Source of the DNA: Cycas panzhihuaensis
Taxonomy: Eukaryota; Plantae; Cycadophyta
NCBI GenBank assembly: GCA_023213395.1
Contig: CM041465.1
Location: forward strand, 20,894,001-20,958,000
Length of the DNA stretch: 64,000 nucleotides
Direction of reading: 5' to 3'
The notes under the pieces were generated by a model. It did no database searches. It was not told where the DNA came from and saw only the letters and a list, made by a program, of their open reading frames with translations. Position numbers and translations under genes: made by a program. Position 1 is the first letter of the stretch, and each line of letters begins with the position of its first letter. Shown piece after piece: positions 26,314-40,328 of this stretch.

Positions 26314-27099
26314 TTCTTTCTCCTCTTGAGTAAAAAGAGGACATGTCCCTAGCTATGAAATTAGCCTGAACTACTACTCGAGTGTGACATCGAATACCCT
26401 CAATAGGGTCATGACATACATTTAATCTTTTTAGTGATGCCTCTTATTATCAAGATAGATATGCCCCTTTCTAAAGGTGTCGTACCTCCCCTAAATAAAT
26501 GGAGTCCTTTTTTTATCCTATGAATATCGATGGATATGTCACTATAGGAACACATCCCCATACTCATGGATGACTCCTCCTCTGAGAAGAAACTTTACCC
26601 ACTTCCAAGCATGAGTTGCCTCTTAGAGAAGGCCTCCTATGACATATCTTGTTTCCTCTTAGTGCTTTTAGGGTATATGTACCTATTTTTATTATTTTTC
26701 TACTCAGATCTTTACTTCCTTATGAGGGAAATATGATCCCTTCACCTAAGGACCATATGAGATTACCTATCCTACTCGATGATTGTGTGTACCTTATGTG
26801 AGTTTCATGCTATATAAAGAAAATATATAAGAGAATATATAACATAACAAAACCTATCCACATATATGCATCTACATCATACATCCATACATCAATACAT
26901 CTATAACCATCAAAGTAGATTGATAATTTATATTAAAATATAGTATTGATTTGGTCCCTGTGTCTATATAATCATGAATAGTGATACAAAAGTGTGTTGG
27001 TACAATGTGCCCTAGGAAACTAAAATCCTTATAGAGGGGATGTACAATCATATATATATGGTATATAACCACTTGAAGATCTAAAGCTTTCCTCTAATC

Positions 27100-29100
<2,001 letters not shown>

Positions 29101-29187
29101 TAGAAGCTAAAACAATCAAAACTAGTCCAAAATATGAAATTTTTATAAATTTCCTTTTTTTGTCCTCACCAGGTAGATGTACTTGTA

Positions 29188-29277
29188 GCACCATGAATAT
29201 ATCCATGGGCCCCATAGATTTCTTATATGCCCTGTGGGAATATCTGTGATACCATAGAAAAATCTGTGGTACTACTA
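29188..29277. repeat. 20-bp-period array (inferred ancestor about CCGCGGTACCGCGG-N6) upstream of PMD
   Basis: Hexamers ccatga/ccatgg/ccatag/ctgtgg/ctgtga all derive from CCGCGG by C>T or G>A; array ends ggtactacta. Confidence 0.75.
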
Positions 29278-30248
29278 ATTTCCCACCAAAAATTTAAAAA
29301 TAATTATTTTTTCTAGTAATGGATAAATGCTTAGTCCATTAGGACCAAGACCTTCTAAAACCCTAGTTTAGCCTCTTACAAGTCCCTAATTGGGGCCTGT
29401 TAAGCTCCTCTACTATTTTAAAAGGGCACAACCTAGCAAAAAATACATAATGAGAAAGATACAAATTGAAAGGTCAGGCTTAGGATCTGTGTACCAAGTC
29501 TAGCCTGGCCACTACCATCTCTTAATGACACCCTCTACATGATAATCTAATGGCTAAACCTCCTCCACCTAGATCACCTCTGAGTAGTAACTTAGAGGTG
29601 GTAGGCTTCTTTCTCCTCCTAATCTCATGGGCAGGTGTAAAAATATATCCTTTTTTTGCCACTTATTCCCCCTTTATTTATTGCCCCCCTCGAGGCTCTG
29701 TGACCTTTCCCCAATTTGATGGAGTCATCTAGATCACCTCATTGATCCTATCCTAGTCCTCTTCAGGGTCTCAACCATTTCTAGCTCGTAAACCCCATTT
29801 TTTCTTAGTTTTTCTAGCATTTATTGCACCCTTTTTACCTCTAATGGGAGCCCTTTTACCTTGATTTTTGCCTACTCAAAGCCCTATCCATGTTTATACT
29901 CTATGGACTTGTTTTGGTGAGTTGACTTTATTTTTCCTATCTATTTTTGACCTGCTTTACTCCCAATGGGATCCAGTCCACTAGTTTAGTCTAACATTAG
30001 CCCTCTACTAACCTTGGATCTTTGTCGATGTGCCTGTTTTCACCATTACCCCTTCCCTTCCATAAGGTGGACCCCTTAAGAGATTAGTAGCCTAGTTATA
30101 TATCTCTCCTATCCTCTTGTGATTATCCATTTAAGTAATCATGATCATCGAGACTCATCATTCTTCATACAAATTATCTTCCTTAATGCATTCTCTTTAA
30201 GAAAGAGTATCTCTCCTTTTTCTAGAGATTCTTAGTATTAGTCTAATC

Positions 30249-30630
30249 ATGGCTCTTCTCATATATATAGATGGTGGTAGTCATGGAAACCCAAGACCTT
30301 TGTCATAGCTTGGATCATCCATGATCCTTCTCGGTATAATTTCATATGTTCTAGGATCTATTTACCTAAGGCCACGAATAATGAAGTAGAGTACACATTC
30401 GTCATTGAGGCACTAACTAATTCACTTTGCTTCTATCATGGTCCTATCATTCTACACCATGACTAGTTTCCTAGTTGACCCAATCCTATTGGGTCCTCTA
30501 CCCCAGGTTGAGGTCCCTTACTTTGATTGCCAGGTCTTTGTTATCCTGCTTCTCCTTAATCAATATTTGATATATTCCTTATAATTGAAACATTGAGGTT
30601 GATAGCTTAGTTGGCTATATTTTTTAGTGT
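30249..30630 (+). pseudogene. Additional archaeal-type RNase HI (aRH) ORF downstream of integrase
   Basis: MALLIYIDGGSHGNPRP..AWIIHDP..KATNNEVEY..NIEVDSLV. Confidence 0.85.
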
Positions 30631-31156
30631 TATCTCTAGCTTTAAGGTAACTCCCTATCTACTTGACAGGTCACCCTTTAAGGACCCTATAAAGGTGGCC
30701 TCCTATATCAACCTTTCATTTCTCTTTACCTTCGAGTAGTGGCCACTAATAAGGCTAAACTATAACAACTAAAACCCCTCTTTATTTGGTTAATATCCTA
30801 CCTTGCTATGATGAGGCATCCTCTCATTTTCCCAAGGAGTCTCTTTGGGATTCCAAACCCTACCCTTAGGGTCATGCTACTTATTTGAAGGTGTGGTTAA
30901 AGGCATCCCCCTTAGTTGCCCCTTCTTTATGTTATTTGTGTGCTTTGGAGTTATAGTCCTATACTTGGAGTTTTTATTTGGTCTTGAGCTTGCCTCCCCC
31001 TTAGCACATGCCTCTTGTCCATGCATCCATTATGACACTCATCACTCACCTTGGTTATCAACATACTAGCTTCTTAGATACCATGGCTATTGATGTTGTT
31101 TGAGTTGATAACATTTACCATCATTCTATGCTCTAGAGCAATGAGGCTCTACTACT

Positions 31157-31166
31157 AAGGGGGTAA
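31157..31166 (+). other. Tat-2 polypurine tract
   Basis: AAGGGGGTAA immediately before TGTTTC. Confidence 0.8.
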
Positions 31167-34100
31167 TGTTTCTCGCCTACTAAGAATGAATTTAGAGACC
31201 ATCACATAGGTAAGAATAAGTATACTCTATCTTACACTTTTGCTTCCCTTCTTTGTAGCCATTATTTCATGACATGTTTTCTTGACTAATTGGATGTATG
31301 CTGGTTAGGTTTATTTCCTTTGCTTATTCTTGATATCTACCTATGATAACTAGAACTCTAGTCCAATAGCATTATTAAGCCTCTTGTGGTCTCCCAATTG
31401 GTAAGAGGATTATCACATGCTTCTATAACCTAATTTTGGATGAGTTCTGACTTATTTGTACTTCATTATGGCATATTTTTGCTTTTATCTTACCTCATCA
31501 ATGACTTGGTTAGTCTAGGGTAGTTTACCAAGGCTTTTATGGAAATATGCATCTTATTACTTTAATTCCATGAGATTTATTTGTGTATTTTCATTGATTT
31601 TTAGTGGCTAGGCTCTGTCTACACTTTGGCACCTTGATTACTACCATTTTATCAAGTTTTGACTTGATTTTATGGGTTTACTGTGTTCTTTTATTATCTA
31701 GTAGTTTGTAGGGCAACCTAAGATCAATTTGCAAGGCTCTAGGGAAGAGTTATAGGCCCCTAACAGTGAGTTCCTCCCTCATCTTTATCAATATTTATTA
31801 TTTTTATAAATTTTTCCATCTTTATATTACCCCATACTATTTTGTATTTGCCCCACTTTGATTGTTATGCCCTACGGATATATTTATAGTGAAATTGTTA
31901 TAAACTTAAACATGGCGAAAAAATATCTACTTTTGCACTAAATGCACCTTTAACATGTCCCTTAACTTTGAGGCTAGACTAGATTGAGGCCTAGCAGCCA
32001 TGAGAAGAGTTTTAAACACAAAAATCTCATTTTTTGTTACTCATTCATCATTCTACACTTATCATTCAGGTTACTTTTCATTCTTCTCAAGATTTCTTAG
32101 CATAGGATATGAAAATCATAATTTTGGAAAGGAAAAGGAGGCAAATTCTAGATCTTGAAGGCAAGAGGACATCCCTAAGCTATTGCTACAACTAAGGAGG
32201 CCATCACTTCTCATCCAATAATAAAATATTTCACCAAAATGCATTCTTTCAAGGGCTACAAAGGCTCTTAATCAACTAATTTCCTCACTTCCACCATAGC
32301 TTCTTATTTTCAAGTTGGTAAGGTCCACCTATGACTTGTCTCTAATAGAAAATATTTTTATTTTTGCTTCGATTTCCATTATTTACCATGTATTTTTCTT
32401 GATATTTTAACCTAGAGATAATAATCCATACTCTTAGCTAAGTCTACCTTGTAAATATTGAATGAAACCATCCTTCCATAAACTACAAAACTTCTATCAT
32501 CATTTGGAGTATTGGTGAAGGGCTTGAATACATCATTGGTTGGTTAGAGGGGATTTGGAAAGGGAAATAGGTCCAAGTTTTGATTTTTAGACCCCCTTTC
32601 CATTGGGTAATCCCCTCCCAACACCTCAAAATGCCCTATTTCATGGTGCATGTACATCCTCCATCGATGTAACATCTCACAACCATGCCATAAGATAAGC
32701 AATCCAATGCTAAATATTGGTATTTTGCATATCACTTTCACCTTCTATTATTTTCCCAAAAAACTCACAAAACTAGGTGATACCCTTTTCCATTTGAGAG
32801 AAAACTACCATATAGGGGCCATGTCATTTTGAGGCACCACCCTACTCTTCATTCCCATTTTCTCTTATTGTTTTGCATGTGAAGATTTTGTGAAATAGTA
32901 TGACAAAATTTGATTTTGATTCTTTAGTTTACAAAAGAATAACAAATATATTGGAAGTGAAAGGCAGGTTTCTTGATTTTGTTTTATAGGTGAAAGACCT
33001 GCTCTTACTTGTAAGGCAACATTCATTGCAAGGTAATTTTGATTAGTGTTTTAGCATCATAATTGGTTTATATTTTTGCTTTATCACTTTCCTTTCCTTT
33101 TTTCACTTTTTGCAACTCTCCATTTGAACTTAGGGAAGGTAAGGAAGCCCCTTTTGTTCCTGATAACATTTGCAACAATAAGAGAGGTTGCACCTCAATA
33201 AGATAAGAGTATGAAGGAGCTATGACAAGATTGTCACCAAGCATCATTAACTAGGTGCACTCCTCCTAAACCCATCCTCTCCTTACTTACTTCTTTTAAG
33301 TTCATCCATTAGTTATTTGTAATAAAAGTGAAAGATTTGTTTGCATGTAGTATATTCATTTACATTCATAGGGAAAGGAAAGGAAATATATATATATATA
33401 TGCTTTCATGTTCTCTCCCTTCTTCTTTATGAAGAGAGCATAGTAGGGAAACATCCCTTCTCTTACTTGTATATGCATGTTGTACATAAAGATAGAAGTG
33501 AAATCTTGAGTTACAAGAGTGTTTCTTCCTCTTTGCATTGAAAAGAAGGCATTGCATAAATTTTATCCCCTCTTTTCTCATCTTGCATACATATATGCAT
33601 ATAGGAACAAAGTTGGGAATCATAGTATGAGTGAAAAGGAAATGTTATATAAGCATAATTATCTCTCTCCTTTGCATCTTTTGAATAGATTTCTTTAGAT
33701 AAAAGGAAAGGAGTGTGAGCCAGAAAGTGAGTGATAATAATTTACATACACTATTAAAATAAATATTTTACCTTGTAAACCCTACAATTATATTTTACAT
33801 AAGACATTATACCTCAAAATGAAATGTAATATTAACCTCTCACATAACTAGATAAAATCACAAATAAAACCTTGCATAATAACCCAAACCCTAAGGGTGA
33901 TCCTTTAGGAAAATGTAATCAACCTAAAACCTTTATTTTGTACTTTATTTGCCATCCATACCTCATTTTCCTTTTTTAAAAGGGAATCCTTATCTCTTCC
34001 CTTCCTAACAAGGATAAGAGAGCTTCACCTAGGCTACTCAGTAACCTGAGGATGCTGCCCTATCCATGATCTAAACCTAGCATTTCACCTCAACATTCTT

Positions 34101-34201
34101 AACCCTCTAAAGTAGATAAAGGAACATGCATTGTTGTGGGTCCTCAAACCTACATTTTGATGCATAGATACCTTTTGAGGGTAATCTAATCCTCTTTTAC
34201 A
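31167..34201 (+). repeat. Tat-2 3' LTR ('LTR A', about 3.0 kb)
   Basis: Starts TGTTTCTCGCCTACTAAGAATG after the PPT; both ends align with the reverse complement of 34369-36897. Confidence 0.8.
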
Positions 34202-34368
34202 CCTCTAGATCCTTGTTCCTTGGCCCTAGTATCCAATTAGAGTGTTGTATTCTTAACTACTCCCTAGAGGCATGCTTTTAGCCATCTCAAAGGGTGCCTG
34301 TAGGGGTTAAAAGAAGCAACTATGCACCTATAAGTAATAGACCTAGGGTATGTGGAGGCCTAAAGAGA

Positions 34369-36897
34369 TGCAGTGTGGCTCTTATTTACCCACAAAAGGT
34401 GTCCATATGCCACTTGAGTGTAGATTTGGGACTCGCGTAGCATGTGCTCCCTTCTTCGCATATAAGGACTCTAGATTTGATTAGCAAGTAAATTTATGAG
34501 ATATGGATGGCTTGGCTGCCTCAAATTACCAAGTTGCCTATGCAGGACTTCTCTTAGACTATTATGGAAAATGATTAAAAGACTCCCTTATAGGGGGAAA
34601 GCATAATGAAGAATATAGGTGATGAATGTAGAAAGGGTTTAGGTTATTACTTTGTCTTGTTTAATGTTAAGAGGTAAATGTGTACTCTATTTAGGATTTT
34701 CCATAGTATAGGTTATTCACATGCATGTCATGAAAAGAAGAAACAACCAAGTACTAAAGCAAAAGCAATATAAAGATATATAAAACCTCACTCTCCTTTC
34801 TCTCTCTTTTACCCTCTTCTCTTTCCTTTTTCTTCACAATCTTTTCAAAATGAGATAAAGAAAAAATAGAGAATAACAAAAAAAAAGGGGGGTGGGGGAG
34901 TTTGAAAGGGAATGGAATTATATAACTCTCTCTTTCTTTTCTTCCTCTACTCTTTCTTCACTTTCTTTTAAGCAAAGGGGAATAAAGGGGAAAAGGGATG
35001 CATGCAACTAAAAATATGAAGCTTATGTGTAGAAAAAAGAGGTATAGAAAAATATGGAAAGGGTACTTATAATAGAAGTGATTGATGAGAATCCCTTTCC
35101 TTGATGTCCCTTTATGGCTACCTTTTTTCTACAATATTGTGAGGTAAGGGGCATCACTTACCAACCCCTGAATCAAACTAACAACATAAAGTAAGATAGC
35201 AAAAATTAGCAATACCAAGAGATAGAGAAAATGAGAAGGAAGTTCTCACCTTGAAAGGTATGATCCACTATTAAGTTTTTCAAATTCCTTAAAAGGATTA
35301 TCTTTTGCCTTGCATGTAATGTTAGGAGAAAACCCAAACCAATAGGATGTGCAATATAATTCATAACACTACTTTCTATATACTACCATAGGAATGCATG
35401 CATTATATATAAGCATAGAGATACATATCAAAGACAAGAAGTGTAAGAAAGTATGAGATATAAGAAATAAGGGTGAGGGGTGCCTCAAGATGGCACTAAC
35501 CCCCCTAATATGGGTGGTTTTGTTGGTGAGGCCAAGGGAAACCCTCTAAATCCATGCAAATTAACTTGCAATCAATATAAGAAAGGTAAAGTATAATAAG
35601 AAGGAACATTCAAGTAATTTTTATAGTAAGATCATCATAACATATGGATGCATGGCCTAAAAATGGAGTAAGAATGACATATAGAAAGAAAATCTAGTAC
35701 CATACATAATAATGGGATTACCCAAGACCGAGGACCAAACAGGAGCTGATAGCTTCACAAATAATTATCCTTAAACCTTCCTGAGATGGTTGATGTCTCC
35801 TCTTAAGTCTCACTATAATAAAAGTAGTAGAAATTTCTTGTTATTCCAAGCTCCAGCCAAGTAAATCTTGTAGGTTCTTAAAATAACAATGCCAAGGGTG
35901 GTGGTAATCTAGGGTATTCAATCCTAAGAATAGAAAAATAGAGCTAAGTTAATCAGAATCTAGATCTAAAATGAGGATTTTTACCATGTCTAACCAAGGA
36001 TGAGTATATGGACTCCTTTAATCCAACATTTGAATTCCTAAAATCTAAACTATCATAATGGGAGAATGAATCCAACTACTATAAGAATGTCACTAATTGA
36101 GAGTAAAGAGAAGCCAAAAAAGAACCCCTCCACTAAAAAATGAGGTGTTTTATAGGATAAATACAAGTGTTGGGGTGATGGTTTCATGTATGAAATTACC
36201 ACTTAGAAACCATGGATTAATTCAAAAAAATCCCATTCTAAATTCAAACAAGATAGTAATTTGATGAGTTAGGAGGTATCCGTAGACCATTACACACCAA
36301 TGTAGGCCTACCATGGTCTATCAAGTCTAATAGGGAAGCATTAATAATAGAAATTAAATGTTGTTGGCCATGAGTGACTATTGTAATAGTTATACCATGA
36401 AGTTCTTTATGATACCGTGAACATGTCTATGGTATTATAAAATACTCTATGGTACTACTATTACTAACAACAAATAGAGTAGTATTATAACAACACATTA
36501 AAATTTGACCATAAAACCACATGCTTTCACTTCTAACTTCTATAAACTGGTCTAAAGGTCTCTACGTGATAAACCACATGCAATAATGATGAAAAAATGA
36601 AGTGAAGTAAGTAGTAATGGGTCAAAATTTTAATGGGAATGAAATTGCAAGGATAATAGAATGGTTACCTTACTAGCCATTAGGCCACAACGGGGTCCTC
36701 TAAGGCCATTAGACTGGAGTCCTTATTATCATCAGCATAAAAAGGGAGACAAGCAAGCCAAGAAAGTATCAAACATGCATCAATCATCATCCTAGACTTA
36801 ACAATACAACTTTGAAACTATAATTAAGGAAGAGATATATATGTTCACTTACCAGTGCATTATTGTCTCCTAATTCATTCTTAGTAGTCGAGAAACA
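34369..36897 (-). repeat. LTR related to the Tat-2 LTR ('LTR B'), inverted
   Basis: Minus strand starts TGTTTCTCGACTACTAAGAATGAATT; last ~70 nt collinear with the LTR A end; minus-strand TATAAAA near 36150; no TSD found. Confidence 0.8.
36393..36470. repeat. 20-bp-period CCGCGG-derived array in LTR B
   Basis: taccatgaagttctttatga / taccgtgaacatgtctatgg / tattataaaatactctatgg / tactacta. Confidence 0.75.
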
Positions 36898-37274
36898 CCA
36901 TCTTATAAAAATACAATACATTCCTCTCATTAATAGTGTGGAATACTAATATGAAGATAAGGCTTATAATTAGTAAGAAATCCTAAATCAAACTACATTT
37001 GCATGATAGAATTAAACTAAATGAAGGAAAAAATTAGGCCTTGGATGAAGGGGACCCACTTTCTATATGGAAACAGTATGATATAGTAGTCATTTTCACT
37101 ATCAAAATTTGAGGAAAGGGTCCCATCCAAAGCAAATTTATGATTGTGTAGAGTGACAAGATAACTCACAGAGAGCAATATTTGCATAAGGGGATTCACT
37201 TTAAGAGATGCTTTGAGAAGCTCAATATCTAGTGAGTCTTCAATAGCCAAATATTGCTTTTAATATGATTTTCC

Positions 37275-37432
37275 ACTAAAAATGTGATTTATAGGTGAAA
37301 AACATGGGTAGAGTACTAAAAATATGACTTCTAGCTTAAAAACATAATTTTCATAATTTCAAATATTATGAAATCATATTTTTGAACTATAAATCATTTT
37401 TTAAGAAATCACATTTTTCACAATAAAATTAT
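37275..37432. repeat. 20-bp-period AAAAACGCGA(T/C)T-derived array upstream of second PMD
   Basis: aaaaatgtgatt, aaaaacatgggt, aaaaatatgact, aaaaacataatt at 20-nt spacing, then inverted copies aaatcatatttt, aaatcacatttt. Confidence 0.75.
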
Positions 37433-37580
37433 GTTATTGACAGATTTATAATTAATGAAGAAAAACATAAAAGATTTATACTTAAATAACAAAACTACCC
37501 TACTTAAATCATTTATGATGTATCCTGTCAAGAGGATAAATACCTAAGAGAATGAAGGATTGGTTATAAATACTTTTATA

Positions 37581-38140
37581 GGTGTCCTTTCAGCCATGGA
37601 TTGGAAAATCTTGAGGCAATATGGCTTAATTATAGGAATCCATTTTATATAGGTGGTGATGGAGTATAAGATCTTAAAGGATTTTGTGGGTTGTTAGATT
37701 CCTCCAAATGGTGCTTTTATAGTTAGAGGGATTAATGACATACATATTACTCCTCTAGATGTTGGGAGGATTCTTGGAGTTGATTGATAGGGATGGGAGA
37801 TCTAATTAAATAGGGTGATAGATGAAGAGTCCTAAGAGGCATGTAGTTAGTACCTCACAAGGCACACTAATCAATTTGGTCCTCATTGAGTTTTACTGGA
37901 GGTAATGAGGATGACAAAAGGTATGCTAGTATTAAGGAAGGTGATAGCCTATATAACAATTTTTCATATTATTAAGACATAAAATTTCATAAGAGTCTAA
38001 GTCTAGAGGATAGGGATTATTAGATTATGTGAGGTAGGGACTAAGGTGAATTGTAGCTAGTTCATCTTAAATAGTATAAGCCTACAACTATCTTAGATCA
38101 AGATTCTCCTATAGTTCAATTTTGATGTGCTAGTTGTATG
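37581..38140 (+). pseudogene. Second PMD gene remnant (antisense to Tat-4)
   Basis: ILKDFVGC*IPPNGAFIVRGINDIHITPLDVGRILGV and GTKVNCS*FILNSISLQL, collinear with the first PMD. Confidence 0.7.
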
Positions 38141-38249
38141 ATCATATACCATTGATGAATCCATAAAAATAATTATCATGATTAAATAAATAGGAATGAT
38201 TCCTAGATGGTATTAGCTTATATCATAATTATCATTTAGTGATATAAGA

Positions 38250-40235
38250 ACCATTAGGTTTTCTTTACTAGAGGAGGAGGAGGGTTTTGGCATTTCTTTC
38301 CTTTAGTGAGATGCATAACCTTAGCTTCTTGATTAGATGGATTAGGAGGAGGGTTGTTAATACATAATTTAGTATTTATAATTGACTTCAATAATCTAAT
38401 GGATAAGATAAGATGGTCATAAGTTGGCTCAAAATAAGATAATTTAGGTGCTTAAATTGATTCCTTAGGTGCTAATGAGTTGTCAACTTTTTTAGTCCTT
38501 GTTTGAATCTCAAAAGTTTCAAGGGCTAAGCATCTATTAATAACTTCTTCATAGATCTAAGGACTAAGCTTTAGGACTTCGAAGTATACATGGGGCCTTA
38601 AAGTATTGGTGAAGAGGTAAAAAATGAGACTAGAGTCTAAAGGAGAATGACAAGCATGGACTTGATCTTCAAACTTTCTTATATAGTCTCAAGATATTTC
38701 ATTATAATTTTGTTTGATCATAACTGAAGATTTAATTCTAGACTTAAAGGGCCTTGCAACATAAAAATAATTGATAAAAGATTCCATCAACTATTGAAAA
38801 GAGAAAATAGAGGTAAAATGAAGGTGATAGAACCACTTCAAAGCATCACCTTGAAGTGATTTAGGAAAAAAGCTACATCATCATATAATCATATGATATA
38901 AAGTCAATACATGCAAGTGAAAAAGCTTATATATATGGAGTAGGATCCTAGGAAGATTCACCTAAAAACTTTAGTAATTTAGGAAGAAAAGGAGGTATGG
39001 ATACCAAAATAACCTCCTGTAGAAAAGGGGACCTCTTGTAATTAATAAAGTGCTTCTTTAGCCTTAACATTGAGGTAGGAAGGATGGGTAAGGGAAGGAT
39101 AAAGTGGGGGGTTGCTAATCATGATGTAAAAGATGAGTTAGTGGTGGGTGTAAAGGGTTAAACCAAGCAAATGGATTAATACTAGGATTGGTTTGTAGAA
39201 TAGGGTATTTAGGAAATGTAGAGTTGTAATAAAGAGGAGGTGAAGTATGTTGTGGTATAGGCCTAGGGATGAAGGATGAAGAAAGAAAATTAACAAACCT
39301 TATAATTTATGATTAATTAAAAGTTATATGGGTTTGAGAGAATTGGGTATTATCCATAGAATAAGGTGGTGCTATAAGGTAAGGTCTTTACAAGGGGAAG
39401 GCAGGGGTCTCATTATTTTCATAGTATTTCATTATGAAGCTCTATGAGGATGAATTAAATCAAGAATTAAGGTGTAATAGGAAGAAGTAGGCCTACCAAA
39501 ATAGGGGTAGATAGGCTTAGGGATGGATGAGGATCCTCCACCTAAATGATAAGAAGTAGAAGCATGATGAGTAATAGGATGTTCTTGAATAGAGTCCTTA
39601 AGAGGGATTTCAAATAAAATATAAGAGATAAAGGGAGAATGAATTTACTCTTACAAAGGTTTAGATTAAATGTAGGGTTGAGAATGAATAGATCTAGTAT
39701 CACCAGTTTCAAGTGGATGAACAAAAAATGACTTAGGTGTAGGAGGATATAAAGGAACAAGTGATTAAGTAACTTTAAGGGTATAAAAAAGTTCTACTTA
39801 CAAGGACTCATACTCTTCTAAAAGATGGTCAAATTTCTAATGATATGGAGAAGTTAATATGTGTGTCTTAATGAAAAAGATCATGGTATCTAGGGATGGG
39901 TATAGGAGATGGAATTCTCATGAGTATGGGCTTAAGATAAGAATAAGGGGCTTAAGTGGGTTGGGTTTCTTATTGCATGGAAGAAGAAATAAGAAGAGAT
40001 GAATCACCAATAAGGTGAGAAGGTACATTAATGTAACCTTACTTAATGGGGACCTCACATACTTGATCTGGTTCCTTAGGGGGATATAAGTAAGTATCAT
40101 AAGCTTGATTCTTAGAATACTCCACACTAGTAGAAGAAACTTCTTAAGTAAGATAGATATATTAATAATTGTAGTCACGAGGAAGCCTTAAAGCCTCAAT
40201 GACTTTCTAGGTTGTGAATGTAGTGTCATCTCCAT
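38250..40235 (-). pseudogene. Tat-4 gag remnant
   Basis: N-terminal PRKSLRL*G; core KFLGESS*DP..LFPKSLQGDALKWFY..SIFSFQ*LMESF (about 38770-38995). Confidence 0.8.
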
Positions 40236-40311
40236 TAAGAAGGAAATATAATAACCAAAAGGTAAAAGTGTAGGACCAAGGAGATCTAAATAAGAAGTTT
40301 AGTTAATTCCA

Positions 40312-40325
40312 TAATGTGGTCACCA
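40312..40325 (-). promoter_or_regulatory. PBS, tRNA-Arg-like
   Basis: TGGTGACCACA (inferred from TGGCGACCACA) 3 nt after the LTR end; Arg priming is typical of Ogre/Tat. Confidence 0.65.
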
Positions 40326-40328
40326 GAA

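Noticed and set aside
39542-40178. Hydrophobic Leu/Ile-rich ORFs as an env-like gene
   Set aside because: Alternative frames of deaminated, pyrimidine-rich gag sequence.
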